Position numbers and translations under genes: made by a program
Origin: Phoronis australis
Lineage: Eukaryota > Animalia > Phoronida
NCBI GenBank assembly: GCA_002633005.1
Contig: NMRA01000395.1
Coordinates: forward strand, 230,994 to 294,993
Length of the DNA: 64,000 nt
Reading direction: 5' to 3'
The notes under the pieces: model-generated
What the model saw: only the letters and a program-made list of their open reading frames with translations
Database searches by the model: none
What the model was told of the DNA's origin: nothing
Shown here: positions 38,701-50,700 of the stretch, one piece after another
Layout of the letters: each line of letters starts with the position of its first letter
Numbering within the stretch: the first letter of the stretch is position 1

Positions 38701-41700
38701 AGTCTGATTTTTGCAGTCCGTCCCTCTTTTAACCAAACCGCTCTAAGGATGATTGTGAAAATTGGCATGTATGTTTTTACTCTGAAAAAGATGAATGACA
38801 AAGATTTTCCAACGACTTTGACTACTGTGGCGCCTCCTAGTGGCAGCTTTTTGTACCCTTGGCTGTATCTGATTTTCAGAGTGCAAAAGCACTCTACCGT
38901 TTCCCAGATTAACATAAATAAATTTTCTCCACCTTGTGCTGTTTTCATCATGAAAACAAAGGTTCAGTTTGGTCAGCGTGTCGATTCTGCGGCAGTAAAA
39001 AACACCGGCGCCGTGCGCTCCTACCAATTCAGTAGATGTCGCCCCTCACACGATTCTTCTAGACAATAGATCACCATGGTTGGTCATGCACAAAGGAATT
39101 TGTGGACTAGCCCGAAGCGAAGAAAAAGGGGGGTAGGTGGAAGACTGATCCATATGCTTACAGCAAGTGAAATTGGTAATCTACGAACAGGGGCTGCCTT
39201 TTGGGTGGTTAAAATCGAAATTTTTGAAAAATCTTGATTTGTTGCTTACTGCACAGAGGACTGTGTTTACCCTCACGGATCTACACTGACGTTGGACTTC
39301 AAGCATTTCAGTTAATAGATAGGTCGAGGTATTGAAGTAACGGACTTCCAACGGCCTGTAGTGCACGATACAGTGGCGTCGTGATCCCGAGTTTGATTGG
39401 CTTTTTACGTACCTCGGTGGCTGTTCGTCATTTCTTGGGTTCAGCAGAGCAAGTTTCTTGAGAGACAAGACAGATCAAGCAACATTCCGCTTGTTCGCGG
39501 TGTATTTTTAAGGGAACCACTTGATTTTGTGAGGATTCGCTTCCCGCTTGTAGTAATAGCTGAGATTACCCGACCCGGGAATCGAACCAGCGACCCCCAT
39601 AAAACCGGCAAACGTGCTAACCATTCAGCTAATAGGCAATTGCCCGTTAGCAAGTAGCTAACAGAGGCTCATATGATTCACCGGAAGCACATCTACAACA
39701 TGCTGGACACCTAAGCAACCAAACACGTGCTAATGATTGACAGCCTCCCGTTCAGTAACGCTAGGACCTCGCTAAAAAGCAAGACTTCGCGAGATTACGT
39801 GAAATATTGCCGTGTATTTCAAATGAGAACACGTGACTTTGTCTAGATTTTAGCTAGGTCTTAGCTTAGGTCCTAGCGTTACTGAACGCACGCCAGGTCT
39901 TCTTACTGAATACTTTGCCTGGAACTTATAGTTTGGCAACCAAGCACGTGCTAATGATTGACAGATTTTCTAACTGAATGTGACAGGACGTTCGTAACTT
40001 TACACTTATTGTTATTCTTATTTAGTTGCAAATGTTCAGTTATTCTTATGCTAATGTCTTTGTTGCGTCTCAGTGCGCCTTTGTTACGTGGGCATGTGGG
40101 CGCGACTGTGTGTGTCGGGCACTTTGCTAGCGACAGGCTTAGGAGAAGGGTGTTTCCTTCCTTTGCCTACATGAAATTGATCGTTATCATGTGTAACTGA
40201 ACTGATCCTATGCCTGATGAGGTGAAATACACATTTTTGATGCTCAATGGAGACTTGCTCTGTTACATGAATACTTTGAACTTAATTTGAACAATGTAAC
40301 ATTTTATATACATTGTATATTTCTTTTTTTAGTTCAAAGCCAAAACCGCTCTTGTTCAAAGTCTGTGCTCAACAATTGGTGATATTACTATTATGCATAG
40401 GGGTACTCGGTGGGCTGCCAAAATAATGAAGCAAACACATGTGTAAAAACCAGGCAAATCAAAAGTTCAAAGAATAAGTTTTCGACCACGTGGATGTGCA
40501 CAGAATGTTTGACTTGAGCTTAATGACAAGTTGATTTTGGTTGGGCGCTTCCGTTTTGGTGTCGGGTGAGGAAGAATGCAGTTTCTAATTAAACTACTTT
40601 TATGTCAGATTTTATCTGGTCAGTCTTTTACCCACATTGGCGCCGTAGCTGTAGCCTCTACTTTGCATGTAGCTTTGCACCAAGGCAACGTCTTGTGTTC
40701 CTGGGAATTCATCTACGTCAAAAGTTTCTAAGTAGGAATTCATTTTCTAAAAACGATACTAGCCCTAATAGATGGTGATACCAACACACGAAACAATGAT
40801 TTTTATTGACATTGGCAGCAAGTGACGCAAACGGCTGGGCGACTGAACTTCGGGCTGGGCGCTAGATTTTCTGGCTCACTCGCCCAGCTGGCAAGCGGGG
40901 TTGTGATTTTGTTTTGTTTTGTTTTGTTTTGTTTTGTTTTGTTTTGTTTTGCGCCCATAGCTGCTATATTTCCTAAACCGACTGCAGGATCTTTACTAAA
41001 TTTAGTAAGTGTATTTATAGGAAACTTAGACGATGACTTGCAGGTGGCCGTTGTGACCCCTAGAGGCAATTTCTTTTTTTTCTGTTTTCCTTTCAATTGT
41101 TTCTCTGAAGTTCTGTGTTAAATTTTTATGAAATTTGGTAAGTAACTTTCTATTTAGGAAGTGACGGCATGTTCCGTTTTCAGTTGGATTGGACGTTTTG
41201 TGCCATCTAGTGGCCATTTTTATTTTACAAATATACAACTCTTGAAGTACACCATTTGCGCTGCATTCGTGGGTGCATCTCAATGCTCTGCATTGCTCTT
41301 GTTATGAAATTTGGCAGTTAGCTTTCTTTTAAAGAAGCGATGGCATGTTCCCATTTTTTGGGATAGATTCAACATTTTTGTGCCATCTAGTGACCATTTT
41401 TATGATACAAATAAACAACCCTGAAAGCACAACGTTTGCGGTGCATTTGTGGGTGCGTTTCAATACTCCGCCTTGCTCTTGCCTATAAATATTTAAAATA
41501 AAATGAACTCTAGTTTTTTTAATGAAATGTGAAGTGTTGAAACTTAGTGTTTAATGTTAGTAACATTTTTGTAATGAGATGTCTTTATTTTTCGCTGAAT
41601 GTAGACCCAGCCCGACCAGGAAACTTGAATCTAGCAGCCAATGGTAATCAGCCTAACTCACTGGAAATAACATGGCTCAACTCTAACGGTGTAGTCATCG

Positions 41701-44700
41701 AGTACAATGTAACTGTAGATGACATTGGTTCAGGCATTATCGACAAGGTTAATGACTCCAGTTCATCAAACTCCAGCCATGTGTTGATTAGAGGCCTTAC
41801 TCCAGGCACACAGTACGGTGTTACGGTAATTGCTATTGGCAACAAGGGAAAGAGAAGTGAAGCATCTACCAACAACTTCACTACCCAGGAAATATGTAAG
41901 TGAGCGACACAGCAACCTTGTCACCAAAGTGACTGGATATTGACTGAAGTACTTGAAATGCAAAACATCCCCTCCATGTGTTTTTAGTCTGATATGTTCA
42001 AATATGTCTTGATTACAGATGAAATGTTATGCTCTGGCTTTGCCCTGAAGATGTGCCATCAAAACTTGTTTGATTTTGCATTGGTCAATGTTCTTGGAAT
42101 CTACAAATAGTTTCATACTGAAAACTAAACTTACATGAAATTTATGAAATCTTTATTACAGTTGGCAATATTTATGCATAATCACATTATTAGATAATCA
42201 GTTGCAATTTTTGTTGCTGAATACTGGTCAAGACGATGGGTAAAATTAATGTCAGTCAAATGATGAATGTCAGTCAAATATTTATTTTAATAATGTCTTG
42301 TCAAATGATTCATGTCCGTCAAATCAGTCAAATGATTTATGCTCATTAAACTATTGATGTCCGTCAAACGATTGATGTCCGTCAAACAGTTGATGTCCGT
42401 CATACGATTGATGTCAGCCAAGTGATTGATGTCCATCAAACAATTGATTTCCGCCAAACGATCGATGTCTGTCAAACCATTGATGTCCGTCTAACGATTG
42501 ATGTCCATCAAATGATTGATGTCTGTCAAACGATTGATGTTCGTCAAGCGATTGATGTCCGTCAAACGATAGATGTCTGTCAAGCGATTGATGCCAGCCA
42601 AAAGATTGATGTCCATCAAACGATTGATGTCCGTCAAGCGATTGATGTCATCCAAATGATTGATGTCCATCAAACGATTGATGTCCGTCAAGCGATTGAT
42701 GTCATCCAAATGATTGTTATCAGCCAAATGATTGATGTTAGTGGAATGATTGATTCAGTCATATGATGTCAAACCTTGTATGTAGTGTTATATCGAAATC
42801 TCATCATGAGTTTTATTATACTGAAGACAAGAATGGTTCTCAATCTCAGTGGAGTCCTGGCAGTGATTGATAGATTAAGCATATAATCTGTCATGGCAAT
42901 ATTATTAATAATAATTACAGGATAAAAAAGTCTCATACAGGATTACATTATCTTATTAATTTATATTTTCATAATTGTTTATTTGTAGCTCCTGGGCCTC
43001 CCAGTGCTCCAACCTTTAAAAATATCATGAACACCTCAGTGGAAGTGTCCTGGAATAAACCATCAGCTCCTAATGGCGTGATAACAGGGTACCAGATTCT
43101 GTATAGACGGTATTCCTTTGAACCTGTATCAACTCCAGGACCTGTTATTAGTGTCAATACTACAACAACGAGTCAGACTGTGGACAGACTGTATCCAGGT
43201 AATAACTGTGTACCTGGAGATGGAACTCACCCTAATTAGGAATATGATAATTCTTTGACATAATGCACTATGGCCCAGTGACCCAGACTTTGTGAGTGCA
43301 CCCTATATCTTAATATAGGCCTTTTTGAAGGAATTTGCTGCAGCAAAAAGTCATCCCGATTGAAGGTTAGAAAGTGCTTGACTGATAGCTGCAGGTCTCA
43401 ATCAACCCAGGAAAGGAGGAATTCCTCAAGGGGTCAGAGTACTGACAAATGTCAATCAAGAGAATTGTTTTTAATTATTAGTTTTGGGGAAAACTCATTC
43501 CAGTGCTACATGTTTGTTTTTAAGCATCGAGGTTTCTTTTTCTGTTTTACAGGTAGTAAATATGAGTTTTCAATTGTGGCTTTCAATAGCAAAGGTGGCG
43601 GAAATTCATCTGTGTGGGAAGCCGTGACCACTAAAGAACATGGTAAGAGCTGTTTTTCACTAAAAGTGTACGAGTTGTGTTTTCTAGAAAATGTTTCACG
43701 AGTCCTTAGCATGGTGTCTGACACATCTAATTTGATGAAACAATTAATAAATAGAATTACTGAAAGATTGAACTATCTATTTTTGTATCCTGAGATTGGA
43801 ACAACTTGAGATCAGTTGTATGTTGTAAGTGGTGTAAATCATAAGTAATTTCTTTTCTGATTGTTATGAAGCTAATGTTAGACAATTTGTAATTGATTCT
43901 CAGTCTAGCATTGACTCACATTGTACGAATTTCAGTGGAAATATTGCCTTGAGTGTACCATCTGGTAATTGTGCCTGTTTACTACTTCAGTGGCTGGCGC
44001 TGTGTCTAACTTCTCTGTGCTTCGTAACACGTCCCGCAGCATGATAGTCCAGTGGGGTTATCCAACACAGCCAAACGGTGTGATAGTGCACTACCTGCTC
44101 CTGGTGAAGATTGGTAACACGTGTGTTCAGGCTCTCACCTTCAACTGTTCTGACTGTAGTGCCCAGGTGAGTAAATTTGTGTAGGTCTTGGTTGAAGGAT
44201 ATCTTCAGCAGCATTGCTAGTAAATGGTGCAGGCAGTCACATTTTTTCCATTTGGTTGGTACTCTCCAGTCTTCAATTTCTAATTGGGTCTAACTTGCAT
44301 TTCATGTTCTGTGTTACTCAAAATAAAATGCTGTATTAGTGTGCTGCAGGTTGAAGTAAGTGTGTGGCTTTGTGTGTGTCTTGAGAGTGTAGGCGTCGTA
44401 AGCATGTGAGTGTCCATGGGTGTTGAGAACATGGATATCAGTAAGTGTGTGGCTCTCTTAAGAGTCTTGGGAATGCAAGTTTCAGCTTTTACACCATTTT
44501 GTAAACACACTTTTAGGTTATCTCAGGTTTCAGAAACCATGTGGCTGTCTGTGTTTTTTGAGAACTTAGCTTTCAAAATGTATCAGGCTAACTATGTGTT
44601 TCATGCTGTGAACATTCCCACTAAACAAGATAACGTCACAACCCCACTGATTAGGGAAAACTGTGGGGTTTGGCCTATTGAACTAGGCCGTATTTATTCA

Positions 44701-47700
44701 CCTTGGCTGTGTTGCACTCAGCTCATGATCAAAGGGTTCCCGCCTAGCTCCTCTATTCATCCGAGTCATGAGCGAGGATAATTGGCTTCGCTTATGCGGA
44801 TACAATCAGCTGATTACAATCTGGCCTAGATGACTGTACTTTTTATGAAGAGCGTTTTACGTAGTTTTGAGTGTAATATTTGAAAAGAGGAGAAAAAAGA
44901 TGTTGGTACAACTTTGAATTTTTCAAATCAGCCCAGAATAAGAGATTTAGCAACACAGCAACACTCACAATTACCGTTTCATTCAGAGCGCATGTATACA
45001 AAAGATAGGACCCAAGTTATTTAGATTTTGGAACACATGCATTGCAGTTTTCAAAAAACATTTACTTTAGCTCTTACAAGCTGTAAAACGATGTTGTGCT
45101 CATTCATTGCCATCCATCAAATCGGAAATTTCCGAGATGTGATCTGCGGCATGCGCGTATGTATACAAAACACGGATCGTTATGTTCCTGAAGTACAAAC
45201 ATTAAGAAACTTTAGCATGCCGTTATTATTGACAGGGACATGATAAAACGAATTTGGATTTTTATGCGCCCACATATTTATATGTGGACGCATTATGCCA
45301 TCATCTCCGTCCGTCTGTCCGGGCGGCGTCCGCTGCTCTATCTCCAAAACCCTTTGACATACATTCATGAAATTTAGCACATGTGTTCCATTCATGAATG
45401 GGATGGCATGTGCGAACGTTCGAACGGATCCAACTACCGGTGTGCCCCCTAGTGGCAATTTTAATTTTTTACGCTTACCTTTGTATCTTCAAAAATCCTC
45501 AACGGATTTTCATGAAATTTGGTATGTAGGCACCTGTTAGTGAGATGACGCTATCCTCCCGTTTTCAGATGGATTCGACATAGTTTGCGCCACCTAGTGG
45601 CCATTTTTAGTGTTTTCGACTCTGTTTTTGTGCATCCACCCCTCTATCAACCAAACTGCTCATAGGATGATTTTGAAAATTGGCATGTATATGCTTACTA
45701 TGTAGAGGAGGGTTCACGATTTTCCGACGATTTCGACTACTGTGGCGCCTCCTAATGGCAGTTTTGTTTTGTTTTCGCCTATGGTTGTATCTTCTAAACC
45801 GTTCGCAGGATCTTTACGAAATTGTGTAAGTATATTTATATGATGTTAACAACAGAACATGACGACTTTTGGACGGATCCGACTACCGGTGTGCCCCCTA
45901 GTGGCAATTTTAGTTTTTTACACTTACCTTTGTATCTTCAAAAGTCCTGAACGGATTTTCATGAAGTTTGGTATGTAGGCACCTATTAGTGAGATGACGC
46001 TATCCTCCCATGTTCAGATGGATTCGACATAGTTTGCACCACTTAGTGGCCATTTTACTGTTTTCGATTCTGTATTTTTGTGTCCACCCCTCTATCAACC
46101 AAACCGCTCAAAGGATGATTGTGAAAATTGGCACGTATGTGCTTGCTATAAAGAAGACAGCTGACAATGATTTTCAGACGATTTGGACTACTGTGGCGCC
46201 TCCTAGTGGCAGTTTTGTTTTTTTTGCGCCTATGGCTGTATCTCCTAAACCGTTCGCAGGATCTTTACGAAATTTAATAAGTGTATTTATATGATGTTAA
46301 CAACAGACGATGACGACTTTTGAACGGATCCGCCTACCAGTGTGCCCCCTAGTGACAATTTTATTTTTTACGTTTACCTCTGTATCTTCACAAGTCCTTA
46401 ACGGATTTTCATGAAATTTGGTATGTAGGCACCTATTAGTGCGATGACGCTATCCTCCCATTTTCGGATTGATTTGACCTAGTTTGCGACACCCAGTGGC
46501 CATTTTTACTGTTTTTTAGTCTGTTTTCTGGCGTCCACCCCTCTATCAACCAAACCGCTCTAAGTATGATTGTGAAAATTGGCATGTATGTTCTTACTAT
46601 GAAGAGGACTGTTGACGCTAAATTTCCCATGACTTTGATTACTGTGGCGCCTCATAGTGGCAGTTTTTTTTGCGCCCATGGCTGTATCTCCCAAACCGTT
46701 TGCAGGATCTTTACTAAATTTAGCAATTGTATTTATGTGATGTTGACAATGGACGAAGACGTTGCAGCCGTTTAAGTGATAACCAAATAAACACCATTTT
46801 CTTGCATAATCCTCCTCCTTTTGTAACAAAAGTCTGTCGTCGATGACCCGCACGCGCTCGCTCACTCAGACACTCTAATACGCAGAAGAACTTCAAAACA
46901 AACGTCACGCGACAGCAACATGTGTGTTCATCCAGAGATTTCTCTCGTGTTGTGGGGTACGATGTAGCGCAAATTTGGACTTAATCGCAATTAGTCTGGA
47001 CTCCACATGAACTAAAAAAATTGTAAAACATAAGGAGGATTTCAGGAAATTTGTTGAGTCGAAACTGTAGAAAGACTGTCATAGGCTACAAATAAGTCAC
47101 AGAGCGTAAATTTGATAAATCCTAGCTTCCGATTTTACCCGGTACGGAAACCGGGTTTCTGAACTGCCTTAGACTACAATAATCGTCCCCTCCCGTGAAA
47201 TAAATTTTTGTATGCGCCCGGTATACAGCTTTTCACCGAGGCTAGGTGACGCTACGGCATATGCTTTGTTGCTTGTACGGATTGTTGCCATTTTTTTCTT
47301 GTTTCCATTACATAATGATGGCGGAAATGAAAACGTTGCAAATTTGAATTTTAATGTTTGCATAATCCTGAAAATCAGAGATCGGTAAACCAAGTTTTTT
47401 AAATCACTTTCAGCGAAAAACTAGCAGAAAATTGCCATGAAGGTATTAACTATTCCATGCAGCATCATTTAACTGGTCTTGGCTAATTATCTTTTTATGG
47501 CCTGGTCATTCATTCAGCCAAAAGTAGTTCCATAGGTGGCTTATCAGCCAATTATTCACGCATGCTGACTCACAATAGAAGCCTGATAAGAGGGAAGGTA
47601 GATAAATGTGGTGTTCCTATAGTTTCTTGTGGTAGTGGATGTGTTCACAACATGTTTGGAACACAAGTTTTTTTAGCTTTGGGACGAACTGCATGTGTTG

Positions 47701-50700
47701 CACTTGTCACTGGTTGTAAGTGGCATCATAGATTATAGACAACAGATTCGCAATTCCGACATTTTCATCCCTACTATCCTAGAGGAGGCGCCACTCTCCT
47801 AAATTATCTATTTCAGTTTCCAGTTAGTGTATTGTGACGACACAACAACCGACCACGATTAGCATACATGCCAAAAATACAACTTGCCAATTTAGCCAGG
47901 TGTCACCAGGGCATCTGTAAGAGCACAGATTTTAGCAATGAAAGTTGTTACGGAGTTGCCAGTCTATAGTGGCATACATTTTTTCTTGACCTTTCACAGA
48001 AAAATTAGTTCCCTGCTCATCGTTATGACACTGTACTAACTAGATGTGTTCTAAGATAGAGTTGTGTGAGTTTCTTGACACTCCACTGTACTAACTAGAT
48101 GTGTTCTAAGATAGAGTTGTGTGAGTTTCTTGACATTCCACTGTATTAACTAGATGTGTTCTAAGATAGAGTTGTGTGACTTTCTTGACATTCCACTGTA
48201 CTAACTAGATGTGTTCTAAGATAGAGTTGTGTGAGTTTCTTGACACTCCACTGTACTAACTAGATGTGTTCTAAGATAGAGTTGTGTGACTTTCTTGACA
48301 CTCCACTGTACTAACTAGATGTGTTCTAAGATAGAGTTGTGTGAGTTTCTTGACACTCCACTGTACTAACTAGATGTGTTCTAAGTTAGAGTTGTGTGAC
48401 TTTCTTGACACTCCACTGTACTAACTAGATGTGTTCTAAGATAGAGTTGTGTGACTTTCTTGACATTCCACTGTCAGTGGTGTGCAATCTGTTGGCAAAA
48501 GATTTAAGGTAGAACTTGTTTTCAGACAACAAGTGACGCTGAAGAAGATTTGAGTCGTAAGACTGCGTCATGCACTAATAACTCCTACAGCTCACAACAA
48601 TATACTACTTATGGGTCAGTGGCTAGTGCTGTCAAAGACTTACTTCCCTACACAGATTACACTTTTGAGGTATTTGCTGTCAATGGAGAAGGCACTGGAC
48701 ATGTTTCTGAAATGACTGAGCAGACTCTGGAAGATGGTGAGTTGACTGGCTACTGACCAGCACCAAGACTGACTACTGAGTACTGACCAGTTGACAAGCT
48801 GACCAGCAGTAGTTTTGAATCATGTTCACCACGAGTAAAATCACTTGAATGTTCTGTGAGACTAGGCACTTTGCATTTAGCAGATAGTATTTGATAATCC
48901 TTTTCAAGTTTGATAGAGGTTCCTATCAACATCAGATAATTCATAAACGAATGATTACTTTATTCTAAGTTTGACCACTTTCACTACTGATTGTCTTCCA
49001 AGATTCATATTTATTTTCCTCAGTTGACATTACCAATAAATCATAAGATCTGTCCATCATTGTGTCATTGGCCCCCCTTTCCCACTTGAAATGATTAATG
49101 TCAGTGGTATTGTCAACTCCTGGGGTGCATGTATGGCCGTTTGATAATAAATACATCATTCTGTGATAAGACTTTCATGGTTTCCAATATTCACATGTCA
49201 TCCACCTTAAAAGTTTGAAGGTTACGATGATGTCATTCACAACATCTACATTTCCGTAGATTTGTATTTTGTGCTTTAACTTAATCCATAAATCAGACTG
49301 GTGATTTAGTGAACAATGAATGTATTTGACAGCCAAGTGTAAGAGTCTTTATTGTTTTCAGTTCCCTCCACGAGAATCAACTCATCAAGCATCAAACATA
49401 ATATGAATACAACTTGCATAAGTCTTACATGGAAGCCTCCATCACAACCTAATGGCGTCATTACAAAATACAACATCATATTCACCTACCCTAATTACAC
49501 CAACGATCAGTCTTTGGTCTCTAGAGAAGTGAACACAACTAGTAATGCCACCACGTGGACGTTGTGTGAACTTGAGGAATACTGGAATTACAACTTCTCC
49601 ATCTCTACATTCACAAAGCATGGTAATGGCAATCTCTACAGCAGTCCTGCGCACGTGGTTGTCACAGATGAAGCAGGTACTTATACCAACATTTGCCTTC
49701 TTTGGTTATTAAGAATAAGTAAATTTATCATTGATCAAGCTTTTCTCATTAACTCAGTTAAACATTTTGAAAGACTTGTGTAGATATGTACATGATGTGC
49801 ACAGTGTTGAGGCGCATGTTCCGAAGCTAAAGCTTTGTGGACTTTTTGATGTTGTTGTGACCTTTACAGCCTCACTGTCTTCATTATACTGTGTAATGTT
49901 GTATCTTCTGTTTGGAGTTAATGCATGAACAGTTTGAAAGCTCAGACAAAACAATTACAATGCCTTAATTCAAGAAAGTCAATGATTTGAGGGCAGTCTG
50001 TCCGCATGTCATCTGGTTCATTTGAAACTTAGTCCTGTTTTGGTAGCTTTGCTAGCTACGATTGCTTTATTTTTCTTAAAAGTCATGGTCCCCACAACAG
50101 ACCCAATCAATGTGAAAACGAGATCTCAATTAATTTTTTTTAGGTTTTTTACTTTTCAGAAAGTAACTATGCTGTGTCTTTCACTGAGTCAAATTGTTGT
50201 TGAATACACAGACTGTTTGACCAAGTTACTAATAACTTTAATGCATATCACTTCCTTGTGTTGGTGGGGTCACTTGGGAAAATCCTAGGCATTCTCCTTC
50301 ATTCAAACAATCGATTCTTGATTTTTATTGAAAGTTGTGTTTTCATTACTTCAGAAATAGTATATGTCTGCCATATAATCATATAATGATATTGGAGAGT
50401 AGGTAGTCTCTAATGAATCAGTCAATAACTTTATAGACTTATAATAATTAACTTACTTAACAAAGACCTTCAATATAAACTTATAATAATTAACTTACTT
50501 AACAAAGACCTTCAATATAGACTTATAATAATTAACTTACTTAACAAAGACCTTCAATATAGACTTATAATAATTAACTTACTTAACAAAGACCTTCAAT
50601 ATAGACTTATAATAATTAACTTACTTAACAAAGACCTTCAATATAGACTTATAATAATTAACTTACTTAACAAAGACCTTCAATATAGACTTATAATAAT

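Larger units (their letters stand above)
36258..41482 (+). mobile_element. Nest of HINE family copies (interrupted by unrelated insert ~38871-40903)
   Basis: 5' ends at 36258 and ~36765; 3' ends at ~38520, ~41303 and ~41482. Confidence 0.8.

Noticed and set aside
39571-39637. Functional tRNA gene
   Set aside because: A and B boxes are present but acceptor and anticodon stems do not pair; treated as a SINE head
42287-42766. (QTIDVR)n and (DINRLT)n ORFs
   Set aside because: Translations of an intronic 18-bp minisatellite
46010-46294. Recurrent ORFs of the HPSINQT..RMIVKIGMYV type as a gene family
   Set aside because: They are frames through the HINE core repeat; stops and frameshifts differ between copies
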